Shown here: positions 8,542-21,501 of the stretch, piece after piece | Layout of the letters: every line of letters starts with the position of its first letter | Position numbering within the stretch: position 1 is the first letter of the stretch | Source: Rotaria socialis | Lineage: Eukaryota | Length of the DNA: 22,290 nucleotides | NCBI GenBank assembly: GCA_905331015.1 | Contig: CAJNXB010003524.1 | Location: 75,305-97,594, forward strand | Direction: 5' to 3' | Position numbers and translations under genes: made by a program | Notes under the pieces: model-generated | What the model was told of the DNA's origin: nothing | What the model saw: the letters and a program-made list of their open reading frames with translations, nothing else | Databases searched by the model: none

Positions 8542-11500
8542 TCCTCGCATGTAGCATTCATTCATCACAATTATAAGATGATTCTCGAATGAAATTCTAT
8601 ATCGAATAAAAAGACTCATAAAATTTGAACATCGAATATAACTCGTCAGATGAAAACATTTCGAGTTCAAATCAGAAAGACTCTAAAAGAAAAGCAAACA
8701 ACATAAATTTTAAAAATTATAGTTTTCTGTCTGCAACTGAAAAGCAAAACATAACAAATTTTATTCTCGTCTAGGTTGTTACTACGTTACTACCTGATCA
8801 GTTTTCAGCTATGAGATTTATTATTTCTTTTCGTATGAAAAAAAAGTTTTTTTTCTATTACTAACTTAAGATTCAAATAGAAGAGAAAACGAATTTTTTG
8901 TGAAAGTTAACGAGAGTGAATCCTCTAGATTAATTCTCTCAAAATATCTCAAAAGCAGCTAAGTTCAGTAATGAAAATGTTTGAATCATTATTTTTCACG
9001 AGAAGAAATTTCCTTTTCTCTTAATAATTGCGACTGGAAATCTTATAATCAAATTTTTATTTTGAGATTGAGAAATTAGAGTTCTTTTGTATTTCTAAAT
9101 TCAAGATCGAATATAATCAATGATTTTTCTCTAATCAGAATTTCAGTCGCTCAATTTAATTAAACAGTTTTTCTTTCCATTATCAATCGCACTTTCATAT
9201 TGATAAAGTAAATTGTTTATTTGAATGAATATATGATTATCAATGATTTTCCTTGATGAACATCCTAATTAGACGAAAAATACTTTCTTCTAAATGCTCT
9301 AAAATCTATTTAAAATATTCTTTTTTCTCTCAGTGAGCGTTAACAAAACAAAAAGGTTCACATAAGAAGATCAGAAAAAATGTAGAACTAGGTGAAAACA
9401 ATCACTTAAGAAACCGTAGTGTTTTTCTCAACATGGAACTGTAAGTGAGATAAGAAGTTCTAAAATTTTTTTGTTAATGCAGTTCACGACAACATTTGAC
9501 AGTACATTGAATAATAAATTCTTGAATTCTGAACATTGTCGAGTATTACTTGCTCCAATGTACTTGCAGTAGCGAACCCTTCTAATATGATGTTTTCTTT
9601 TACGATCTTTCTATTTTAACGAATTTCGATCAGTAGTTTCTCTACAGGATTCTCGTATATTCTCAGCAGATGAAGTGCTTTATTTCTTACGTTAATCACT
9701 GAGTTATACAATATAGAGAGAATAATCACAAGTCAAATCTATTTAATTTTTGACTTTCATTTTGGCATGTCAACGTGATTTTCATAATTTTGAAAGTCAA
9801 TCAAAAAAGTCATTTTCACTTATTGATAAATGTTTCAGATTTTAACTGAATACCGGAGACAATAGATAGGAGTGTCGGTTATATTTTGAAATAGAATTCT
9901 ATCTAGAATAGAGCATACTTATATTTCAAGTGAGTTGTTACCTATTCGGACTTGATCATATAAAGCTGAAGAAAATTCTAGGATAGAGAAATAGCGGATT
10001 CAACCATGTATCATTAAGACATTCTAATAGGAATCCTAACTCTATTGTCTGTTGTACAAAGAAATTGCCGATTATTCGAGTGAATACATAAGTAACTTGA
10101 TGTCTGTTGAGACTTAAGTCCTTTCCGTGTAATATTCCTAAAGTTGAAACTCATTTTTCAACATAAAAAAAATGGCCTAATGAGTAGAGATGGATTGTAC
10201 CCAGTCGCCTACCAAAATACATCAAGTACTACTGTTCGATTAGAATTCTTATAATATTCTTTAACTAGATAAAAGAGGAACCCATGGAGATAATAGGACA
10301 CAACATACTTAAGATGAACTGAAAGACAATAAACCAATTCACCTATACGTGTTATGCTCGTGATTATCAACATCCAAAGTTGAGCATAGATTTAAAAAAT
10401 TGGTAAAAACAATTATTCAAGAGTTGATTTTGTCACTATTAAAAAATTGATTACTGCGCTATTTGTTCAACGAGAATCCATTGAATTCAAACTATTTTTA
10501 CACTTCTCACATAGAAGTGTTTCGAAATCATATGCATATTGACAAGTTTGGATCTTCGTCATCAATAGAAATTGAGCCTCATATTGTGTCAAGAATATGA
10601 GAAAAGACTTGCGCTTTCAAGACCTTTCACATGCAACTAAAAAAGAGACTTCTGTTATTCACGAAAAAGCTAATCAGTGCAGTTTTTTCATTTGTCACAT
10701 ATGAAACTCTATAAAAATGAAGAGTTTTTATATAATCGAAATATCATTCACACTGAAAACGAAGAGTCGCTAATTCAACTTTAAATGATTAATGATAATT
10801 TGACGCTCAAGTTTTGATTCGAAAATATTAAAGAAATAGTTTTCCATCGTATTTTAGTTTATAATTTGAGAAAGAAAACGTTTTGACCGACAAAAAACTG
10901 GCGTATTTTACATTAAAAATGAATTTTCCAATGAACAACTTTTGCCTGATTTTCGAATTTCAGTTTCAAGCAAAAAAAGAATCAAACTTTTATTCTATAT
11001 TTCTTAAAAGGATATTTTCCCGATTTCCCACAGTCATTTGTTTTAAGTTTCAGAATGGATTGAATTTTCAATCGTGTTTAAAAATAATTCAATCAATAAG
11101 AACATTATGAAATATTTTTATCGTTAAAAAAGAAATCTGGAAATGGGATCTTTTTATCAACTCATTTTATATGCCATGTCTCAACTCATAATCAAATCCT
11201 GAAGTAAAGAAATAAAGCAATGAGTCGACATAAGGAAAAAGAATTTTTCTTCAACTATATTCAAAATATTTCTTTGATTTCTTTTGATAATGGTGACTGT
11301 TTTTTCAAACTGATTTTATTTTCTTGATAAAAACTTATTGAATCAGATTATATCATAGAATTTTCTTTTTTCATTATTTTTAAAAGTTAAAACTCTTTTT
11401 CTTTCTAAAAATATTCGTTTCTCTCTAACAGAAGTCAAATAATATCATTTTAATGAAAATCAATATGTTTATATTGTGTTCAATCTTAAATTTCTTTGCC

Positions 11501-12238
11501 TTTATTCTTCAAGGCATTTTTTATTTCTGAGGATAAAAACTTTCTTTGTGCAATTCAATGTCATTTCTTAGAAGAAACTCAAGAATAGAACGACAACAAA
11601 GAACTAGTTTAACCGTTAATCATATTTATTTTTATGTTCTTTCATCGATCAACATCTTACGATTAAGAACAATGCGATAAATGTTGTTAATTGGTCTCCT
11701 GTTTTTATTCTTTATTTTTTAAAATCACGTTAAACATCGTGTTTCAATAAAATTCAATAGTAGATCATTTGGAAAGGATATTTTCACATCACTGTTGTTT
11801 TCCTGAGGTTTGCATTATTATATTTCGAATTGCAATTTAAGATGATTGATTGTCATTCGAAAATCTTTTATGGATCAATATCTTTACACTCAATATTCTT
11901 TTACAAAAATGTAGAGAGTCTTATATTTTCAGCTTCATCGATCAGATCAATGATAAATATTTTGTATTGTGAACTTTTTAATTTATTAAAGGATAAAGTC
12001 TCTTTATATTATGTGATTTATTTAAAAATTCTCTTGAAGATTCTCTATTTTACTATTTTTAGCCTTCAAATATAAACAAATCTAACGAAAAAAATATTTT
12101 GATTATTCTATGTGAATAATGAAATTCAGCTGAAGTAAAGCACAAAAATACGTGCATAACTGATGTTATGGATTAAGAACCTGTATTAATCGAAATATTT
12201 GAATGCAATCATTTAAATTTCCGAGAAACATTCAAAAC

Positions 12239-12290
12239 TAGTGGCGTAACCAGGGTAGGGCATGGTTGGGCTCAGCCCAACCACCGGTTT
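12239..12290. repeat. Probable solitary transposon terminus fragment
   Basis: AGTGGCGTAACCAGGGTAGGGCATGGTTGGGCTCAGCCCAACCACCGG is GC-rich in AT-rich flanks; GTGGCGTA(A/G)CCAGG resembles TE termini seen in many animals; palindrome GGTTGGGCT-C-AGCCCAACC at 12264-12282. Confidence 0.4.
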
Positions 12291-15200
12291 GTAAGAACAT
12301 ATTTTTTCTTCTTTTGCTATAAAAGCGGGGTAAAATTCTCTCGTATTTTCAATCTCTTTGCCGAATCTTTAATTTAGCAGAAGTTTTGACCGAGCATAGC
12401 ATGTTGATAAGAGAACTTCAAACGGTTCATCTGTAACATTTAAACTGTTTCTCTAATTGATGTGTCTTTAGTCAGATTTGTAAACTTAAGTTCCCGTTAG
12501 ATTTTAAAAGTCGATCGATTTACTCATGACTCTCGTTGTGTTGCAGGCTGCTCGAAAATGCTTTGATAATAAATTTTGAAAATTGCAAGACAATTGTATC
12601 TGAATGAGCAGCTCAAAATTTGTCATAGACTGCAACTTCCCAAACTTATCATTGAGAAAAACATAAATGTAAATAAGATCATAAATGACTGTCAATATTT
12701 CTGCGCAAAACTCTTTATATTACACCAAGGATTAAATCGAGTTGAATCGCATATTTGTTTTTCGTTTCTCTGAATAATATCATTCTTTGAACTGAAGCTA
12801 AACAATATCGAATTTTGTAGGAACGACATTTTGAGAATAACTCAAAACAAAGTTTCTTGTAGATATTGAGACATTTTTCTCCAACGAATTGCATCGATAA
12901 CAGATGGTTTTCAATGATGCTATATGTTTTAAGCACTGTTTCAACAATGAAGGATAATCATCGTCTTTAGGAAAGTTTTCTGCATAATAAAGTAATTTTA
13001 ACATTAGCTTTTTATTTGAAATTCAAACAGTTGGATTTAATACTCGTCATAGCCAGCAAGGGAAATCGTTCATTTGAAAAAGAAAACTTTGAAGATTATA
13101 CCAATTATGAATAAACGCGAATTAAGGTAAACCGAATAGTTTCGATTTATATAAAGCTTTGTGATATTTTTAGAGAAACAATCATGAGAGTAGTTTAAAA
13201 CAACAATAGAATTTTGAATATTATTCAAATAAATATATCTTATGATTCTTTTGTCAAATGATTTCTCCCTGATTTAATCTGAATAGATTAACATGCGGGC
13301 AATTGGAAAAGATGAAGAAATTAAATCTCCGAGAACTTTTAACAAATGAAAATCTTATAAATATGCAACTTCAATTTCATTACTTAGTTTATTAGCAAAT
13401 TAATTGCTTCGAAACCATCTAAATTTAAATAACTCATCATCAATTATATCACATGAGTACATTGCCTACTATTTGTAAAGAGTCGAGTCTGTTTCATAGA
13501 TAATTGCTTAATGGAGTAAAGCATCTAGGTAACGGGCTCAAAGAGAATAGAGAAAGTCACCTTTAGGGTTGATGTGTTTTGGTACAGATCTTCAATCTTG
13601 ATTATCTAAAACTGAATTTGACCACAATGCAGAAATATTCAACGTTCAAAGACTTGTAGAAATTTATTAATTGTTCAAAGAGTATCCATAGGATGCAACT
13701 TTCGAGTTCCTCATCAACTATTTGTATGCGAACGTCGAACTATCTTAAAATCCTATTTGACATTCTCCATAACAAAGTCAATTAAGTTTGAGGAGATTCG
13801 ACAAACTTGAACCTTAAATTCTGATCTATGTTGAGCATCATTTCATATCGAGATAGTGAACAATTGTGTAATGTCCTAACTCGTGTAATTGAAGTCTTCT
13901 ACTATCAGAAATTTTAGCTAGAATAAGCATGAAGCACTTCCAAGTTTTTTTTCTAAATCTTTCCTAGAAATTCCAAAATGACTAAAGAAACGCTTTTCTT
14001 TGATGATTCCATCAATACTTATAGAATGAAACGATTTTGACATTTGAAAACTTCTGTCCTTTTTCATGAAAGAGACTTCCACTTGTGTGATCAATTCTTA
14101 GCGAAAATAAAAATTGAATTTTCATGTAATTCATTTCATTTCTGAGTTTCAATTTGAATTCAAAATATTAAATTTTTAGCCTATGATTATCAATTAAAAG
14201 TAAAACTCTTAAATGTCTTATGTTTACATAAAGATATTTCATTTCTGTTTCTTTCTTAGGAAATTTTCAAAAGGTTTGCTGTAGTTTTCCTGGTGAATTA
14301 GAATATTGATAATAATTCATATTATTCAATAAATATCCATTTTCAAGAATTTTACTTAAGAACCGACATCTTTTTAGATTTATTTCCTGTTTCGTTCATT
14401 GAATTTGTAAAAGTTTAACAGATCATAAAGCAGTTATTCAAAAATAAATAAACAAGCGGAAATGTTGAAAAGGAAAGATGATTGAGACTTTCATTTGTAA
14501 GGGATGATTATGAATTTTTGACATTTGATTTATTACTTTGATCGAGACTTCACTGATCGATATGTTTTTCTAGAGTAGTTTACTTTCATGTATTCTATGA
14601 TCATTTCACTTTTCTGATTGTCGAACTGTTTTTTACTAAATAGTTCAATATTGATTATTTCGTAATGCTGTGGATTCGAAAAGACGTTTGAAAATTTCTT
14701 TTAAAGAGAAAATCAATTCAGATCTTTGGAAAAATAAATATTAATTCTCTCAGACTGATCTGTCGACATCAACAGTTTCTAGTTTTGTTATCTGACCAGT
14801 TCTTACATGTGAAACGATGTTCGAGATATTTTCTCGGCTAGTTTCAAATTTCTTTTTCTTGAAAAATCCTTCATAGATACGGTACAAAACATCTTATGCT
14901 TGGTAGAAAACTCGATGAAATCAATGTTATCGTTCTTTTACAAAAATACTCTTTAAAACTTTCATAGAATAATTCCGAGTAGTTAGTTTACAAATAACTC
15001 TTCTATAAAATATATTAATAGTTCGTTTTTCATGAAAATTATCTTCGTGACCAATTACTCGGAAGAACTTGCTAACGTGTTTTTACTTCACTGAAATGAT
15101 GCAAATATTGGTAAACACATTGTGTTATAATATCTCGAAATGATTCTGCTTTACTATAAAAGTTAAATATCAAATCGACAAAAGCCTAAGAACTATTTCT

Positions 15201-17930
15201 TATTAACGATCGCAATGTGTTCATTATAACTCTGTGAATTTTCATTTCTTTTTCAATAAAATGTACAATTCAATGTTACCGAAAGTCTGTAATAAAACCT
15301 ATGCTAGAAAGAGTTGTAGGAAAAAATTCGACTGGATTGCGTAATACGTCATAGAAGATCTACTTTCAAAATCGAAACAGTTTCTCGCATTTTTCTAATA
15401 AATATTGTCAAACGAAATAAAATATAAAACAGACTTTATGGATTAATGATTGTTTGAGTGTGTTGATTCCTTCTGACTAGAAACACGAGTCATGCTTTTT
15501 AGTTGTAATTTGGGCATTCTTGGAATAGAATCATAATTAAACTTCTGTTGAGAAGACGTAAAGGATGATCATAGAAAGACAAATCCATGCACTTTTGACT
15601 TCTTCTTTCTATCGTCCTCATGAGCTTTCCATTTTCAGTAAAACCTATTCGATTTGATTGGTGATATCAGTTGCACAGCCTCAAAATTTTCAAAGGTTCA
15701 TGAAATCAAGTCTTTCAAGTTGTGTCAAATTGAAATAGAAACATAGCACGATCATCTCTGTGGAAATTTCATATTCTGCTATGTATTTTACTCATTGTTG
15801 ATCCTTTTCTGCTTCCAGAATCGTAATTTTTTTCGTGATCAATTCGTTTATATCAATCTCCCAGAAACTTTTTGTTATCAGCTAGAATATATTTTGCTTC
15901 TTTCCATGACTTCAGTTCCAGAAATAAGCAAAAGTACGCTTTGCATACTTGCTCCGGAAATTGCCTAATATTTGAGGAGACGATCGCCGTTCTTAGATGA
16001 CCTGACACCATCAATGTTCTTTATAAATCAATGCTTTTGGATCTCAGTATTTTTGTTTTGAAGAAATAAAATCTGATCTACGTAAAGATTTTCTTTTTCT
16101 TCGTTGAACTGGATAACTTTAGTGCGGTTTAAAATTATAGAAACTCAATTATTTCGATCTGAAATTCTATTTGAATGAACTTTGATTTATATGAAAAGAA
16201 AGAACAAACTTCTAAATCTTTAAAAACGATTTTACTTTAATTTTCTTTTTTCTATTATTGGAAAAATTGTTACGATTTTATTTCAAAATTGTTTAGAAAA
16301 GGCCTTTCTTTAGACATGTAGTATGATAGTTGAAATTGTTTCTTCAACTCTGTCAAGATAAGCTATTCAATATCAGTCCCATGTTGAATCCAACGATGAA
16401 TCTTTTTGGAAAAAAATTAGTTCGAACGAATGAAAATTGACGATGTTAGAGTGATGACACAGAGATCTTCATCTATACATATGGTAACCTTTTAAGAGTG
16501 AAGAGAGTTTATTGAAGATATATCAGGATAATTAATAATAAAACATTCAGATTTATCTCTAGGGAGATAAAGTGAACAACGACAGAACAACAACTAATTA
16601 TTGAACTCTATTCATCTTGATTCTTTAAGTCAGATACTTACAATACTGATATTTCAAAACAACTGAATTGAAGATAATCGAACCCAAAAACTAGCAGAAG
16701 CACTTAAAACAAACAATGTAATTTTCTTTTCAAATTGACATCTTTAGAATCGATGTTTTGACTTATTCGTAAAACTCAAATTAAAGTTTTTGTAGTCAAA
16801 TGTCGAATTGAAGATTAATGTAGGAAAATCTGTGATACACACTTGTTCAAATAAAATTTAAATCAAGTCAAATTTGAGTTTTTGATAAACTACTATTAAG
16901 ATTGCATGGAAATATCTTGAAATAATATTTTGGCAGTTTCAATGAAGTCTGATGATTTATTTTTGATAAACTTGACATGTCTCAACCGTAAATTCTTATA
17001 AAATAATATTTACTTACGCGATATATATTTTAACAATGTAAGATGTAACATTAACTGTATTGTTAGTTAGTCTTGTCTCGTAGAAGAAAGTACAATCGTC
17101 GTATTGACTGCAGCTGAGAAGTTTTAAAAATGCTGTTTTTCAAACTTTATCCTCTATAGAAAGAAGATCGCTGTTGTTTCCTCTTTTCAGCATCTGGTAA
17201 AAACGAATTATTTTCAGTTAAAAGATTTATTATTCTCTCTCACGCCATGAAGATCAAGATCTGTCTATAAAAATGTAACCTACTTCGTATTTTGTCAATT
17301 AAGAGAAATTTTCAAAATTATTTTAATACTATCAATGGATGCCCATTGGATTGGCGTTGAACTTTACAATAGCTTATCCTCATACATTTGATGATCACTC
17401 TACATTTTCTGTCTACGTCATTTTGCAACTATTCACTCACTCTCTTTATTATTGACATTAACAATCAATTGTTAATTAGAAAAAAATCCGATCCAATCAA
17501 AACGAAACAAAAGAAAAAAATTCTCTTAGGTAAACACAAATAAAAACGACCTTTTGAGTCTGGCGATCGATTATCTTGAAAAACAACTGTAGAACATGAG
17601 AAATTTTTCATTTCACACACTTTTATCCTGTTGACTGACCCAGGTCGAATCTCGCCAACAGGATCCGATGGGACCCTTGTAAAATCCGACACTTTCCTAC
17701 TGTTGGCAGCAGTCGGATCCGATTGTCGGAAACCATCATTATCCATTAATTTCCGACGACTTCCGTCATCGGATTTCGTTGGATGTCGACAATAGGATCT
17801 GATGATATCCGACCATAGGATCCGACAAAATCTGATGACATCCGAAAATGCGAAGTTATCGGATCCGACAAAATCAGATGATATTAACATATTTGCACAT
17901 ACTTTATCTCACTTGTTGACTTTGAGGGGT

Positions 17931-18175
17931 GCGTTATTTAATTTAATTTTTTAAATTTAATTTAAATTCAATCAATTTTTTATTTTTTTAATTTAATTTT
18001 AATTTTATATTATATATATTATAGATTTTAGTTTAATAAATTTAATTTTAATTTACTTAATTTTTTAAAATGTAATTCACTTTTAATCAATTTTTTATTA
18101 TATTATTATATTATTATATGTTATACTTTTTTTTTAATTTAATTTTAGTTTTATTTTTTTTAATCTAATTTTTTA
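17931..18175. repeat. AT-rich low-complexity tract
   Basis: Dense TTTAATTTAATTTT-type sequence. Confidence 0.7.
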
Positions 18176-18373
18176 ATTCAATTTTAGTTTTAGTTTTTTT
18201 AATCTAATTCTTCAATTTTTTTGCAGTTCATTCATTTTCATTCGATGCTGTTCACTATACTCACAGCGCCCTCATCCATACTATAATTTTAGTGTATCTA
18301 ATTTCCACCAATTATTTATGGATGCCATTAAAACGAAATTGGGTATTTTGTATTTGATTCAATTATGTTTTAT

Positions 18374-19141
18374 ATTTTAGTATGGCACGATGCGCATAAG
18401 CAGTGAGTTGAAACTATTCTTTAATTTTATAGCATTTTATTCTTTTTATTTCTTTTTATTTTCAGTTCACTTTAAGTTTTTACATTGTTAAGTTTTTTAT
18501 TTGTGAAATTATTCTATTTTACAGTTTAAGTTTTATTGAAATTCAATTTTTTATTCTATTTTACGTACTTCAATTATTTTATTGGAATTTCTTTTTATTA
18601 TTTTCTTGTTGCCTCTATTCTGTTTTGTTTTAGATTATATTACGGCATGTAGTTCATCAACAGTGAGTAAAAACTATTTAATTTTTAATTATATTGCATT
18701 TAATCTTTTTATTTTAGTTTCTTATTTTTCTTTCAGTTTTATTTTTTTTTTAATTTAATTTTATTGGAAATCAGTCTTTTATATTCTATTTTATTTATTT
18801 CAATTATTAAATTTTGTTTCATTGTTTTATGTATATTTTATTCTATTCTATTTTAGATTATATTACAGCATGAGTTTATCATCAGTGCGTAAAGACTTAT
18901 TATTAAATTTCTTTCTTATATGAACTTGATATTTTTTGTAATTTTATTTCAATTTTTCGTAAATTATTTTTTGTATCTAATTTTATTTGGTAATTTATTT
19001 TTTGTTTTTTATGGCAATTTATTATTTTAGTTTTTGTAACTTATTTTATTTTAATTGTAGTTTATTTCGTAATTTTTTTGTATTAATTTTAATTTTTGCT
19101 TAATAAAACTTAGCATAAAATACAGTGAGCTACTTAGTTTT
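18374..19141 (+). repeat. Degenerate long-period repeats inside the CCCAGG element
   Basis: A TTTTAG..(12-25 nt)..CAGTGAGT-like unit recurs at about 18374, 18627, 18851 and 19108, spacings about 253, 224 and 257 bp; the fourth copy is weaker. Confidence 0.5.
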
Positions 19142-20429
19142 GAAGCTAATTGCAAGTGATCAAGGAAGTATGCGTTGGAGGAGGAGGGGATCAAATGATA
19201 TCTAATATTCAGCTATAAATTCAATAGGTTTGCATGGGGTTCCGAGGAAATCCGATTGTCGGACTGACTGTCGGAAATCATTGGGTCCAACCTCCGACAA
19301 TTTCCGATTGGATTCCTGTACCAAGGAATCCAATAACTTCCGACAGGATTCTGTCGGAAGTTGTCGGATTCCTGTCGGAAAGTATTGGATCATTTGGGAT
19401 TCCCGGTAGGATCCGACAGGATCTGAATCTGGGATAGCTCGACCTGGGTGAGTACAAGAGAAAAAGTATAGGTGGTTACATATGGCACCAAAATAAAATA
19501 CAAAAATAAATCCTAAGAGCATGAGATGGTAAGGAGAAACTTTCTGCGATCGCACTTTTGTTCGATATGTGAAACAAACACCAAATGATGTTTGAGCGCA
19601 AGATGCTTCTCCATGAGAAAAAATTGCAATGATGAACTTCTTTGCAGGCATAGACGTTATACGTCACTGTAATAGCTTTGTATATGCGTTTCTGTGCTTT
19701 CATTAGCGCAAAATGCAGCCACATATAAACCTGATTTTTTACTAAAATTCCAACTGCCGTATTGTTAAGGCCTTGTTAGTTTACAAGCTGTGCCGCGGTG
19801 AACTCTTTCCACAGTTTTATTTAACTCAACTCTATATTACGTTAAGGATCTAAAAATTTCAATGCTGTCTTGTGAGCGCATAGGAACTTATTGCAAAATT
19901 CTCGAGTGAAACGATCAAGACCATGTCAAGTTTATGATGACTGCATGAAGATAGGGGATTTGTGGTTAGTAGAAGTGCTCAATGGGAAAAATAATATCTC
20001 AGCTATTTTTAAATAATAACTCTACAAATTTTTACTATAGATAGCTACGGTATCGAGTTTCGAATGAGTAGTGTAGCAAAACAAATTACAGACTCTGGAA
20101 AAGTTGAGATATGGTAGTGACAAGATGAAGCTATTGCTTAATTCAGAATCGGAACGTATCCCAGTTAGTTGGTTCTCACCATCCGGATTTACTGAGATCC
20201 ACATTCACCTAGAATATCAACTTAAAATCGTAAAAAATAATATTAATTTACGTCGGAGTGTGTCAAGTACTTTTTTTCCAAGACTGTAATCATTGAACGA
20301 ATGGAGATGAGTCCGAATACCAAGAATTCTGAATTTCAGGAATTGCTATAACTAGTAATAAAGGCCTCAACAGTTCAAGATACTAAAATGACTATTTGTT
20401 TTCATCGTAATATTTATTTCGATTTCTAG

Positions 20430-20529
20430 AAATCATGGCATCACTGATGCTGAACTCTCTGAGAGAAAACTTGGATTTTTAAAATTCCATTCTTCCAATC
20501 AGACTAGTTCCAGCGATCGCTTATCACAG
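20430..20529 (+). CDS. TRPM-like channel N-terminal domain, exon A (partial gene)
   Basis: Acceptor TTTCTAG, then reading frame NHGITDAELSERKLGFLKFHSSNQTSSSDRLSQ, donor CAG|GTACGT. Confidence 0.6.
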
Positions 20530-20728
20530 GTACGTCACAATCTTCGATTATATAGACAAAATCGTATAACCAAACAGTGAATGCTTCTTCAATGCAATTG
20601 TATCATATATCTGAATTGAGATACGTCTCGGAGTTGAGATTTTTATTTTAGTAACTTCAATAGAACAAGTTTGTTGTTTACATAACTCGAGTAAATCAAT
20701 AAGGTAGATGTAATGATACTCTTATAAC

Positions 20729-21149
20729 CAGGGGGGAACAAACTGATTTCTTGATTTCCATGATTTCTCGTGATTTCTTATGATTTCTCGTGATTTCTTA
20801 TGATTTCCAGTGATTTCCAGTGATTTCTATGACTGGAAATCAGTTTTTATATGATCATTGCAAACCAGTAGAAATCATTGGAAACGTTCAGAAATATTGA
20901 AAAATGATGAGAAGTCAACAGTGGTCACTGAAAACATTGCACATTCTGAAAAAAGGGAAATTAGTAACAATCATCAGTAATCAATAGAAATCAATATTTT
21001 TTCTCATTATATAGTTCGAGAATTTCTGTGATTTCCATTTATTTCCATTTGTTTCTTGTAATTTCTAACAACTGGGCCGTTATTCACATCTTTAATGTAT
21101 GATGATTTCTAGTGATTTCTATGCCTGGAAATCACTTTGTTCCCCCTTG
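20729..21149. mobile_element. hAT-like non-autonomous element (MITE), 421 bp
   Basis: Left CAGGGGGGAACAAACTGATTTC; reverse complement of the right end is CAAGGGGGAACAAAGTGATTTC (20/22 identical); 8-bp TSD. Confidence 0.88.
20761..20827 (+). repeat. 10-bp-phased TGATTTC tandem array
   Basis: TGATTTC starts at 20761, 20771, 20781, 20791, 20801, 20811 and 20821; additional copies at 20744 and 20752. Confidence 0.95.
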
Positions 21150-21241
21150 CTTATAACTAAAGCAAAACGCTCTGTGGTCCCCAGATCTGTGCAGCTCCAC
21201 TCCAATTCATACAAAATATCAACTAGTTCGTCGCTCTTTAG

Positions 21242-21446
21242 TTTATTCAACTTTCTCCTAACTCGTCAGCAGAGACGGTGGTACAATTCATTATTGATGC
21301 CTATCAGCTTCCTCTTCCACACCTAATTCTCTCAATCCAGACGAATTATGTCAAAATCGAGAATAAACTTAATAAGATTTTGGTCAATCAGCAAGAAATC
21401 AAACATGCTATTCAACTTGGCTTAGCTGAAACGGCAAAGATAACAA
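21242..21446 (+). CDS. TRPM-like N-terminal domain, exon B
   Basis: Acceptor CTCTTTAG; FIQLSPNSSAETVVQFIIDAYQLPLPHLILSIQTNYVKIENKLNKILVNQQEIKHAIQLGLAETAKIT; donor GTATAT. Confidence 0.75.
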
Positions 21447-21501
21447 GTATATAATTTCAACAGATTTTTCATTTCTGTTATGTATATTTTTCAACATTTA
21501 G

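Larger units (their letters stand above)
17639..19448. mobile_element. 1.81-kb non-autonomous foldback/TIR element with clustered CCGACA-type subterminal repeats
   Basis: Ends CCCAGGTCGA (17639-17648) and TCGACCTGGG (19439-19448) are perfect inverted complements flanked by direct TGA (17636-17638 and 19449-19451). TCCGACA/TGTCGGA-like words cluster in both ends (about 17650-17890 and 19235-19430); AT-rich non-coding core. Confidence 0.75.
20721..21157. repeat. 8-bp target-site duplication pair flanking the MITE
   Basis: CTTATAAC at 20721-20728 and 21150-21157. Confidence 0.85.

Noticed and set aside
17465-17890. 141-aa minus-strand ORF
   Set aside because: Overlaps the TCCGACA-rich end of the 17.6-kb element; its protein is a by-product of repeated CCGACA-type words.
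19202-19651. 149-aa minus-strand ORF
   Set aside because: Half of it (SDSDPVGSYRES..., DSLVQESNRKLSEVG-type sequence) is translation of the right subterminal repeat cluster; no domain recognised.
20104-20289. 61-aa ORF upstream of the TRPM-like exons as a possible first exon
   Set aside because: Sequence does not resemble a TRPM N-terminus and no matching splice link to 20430 was convincing.
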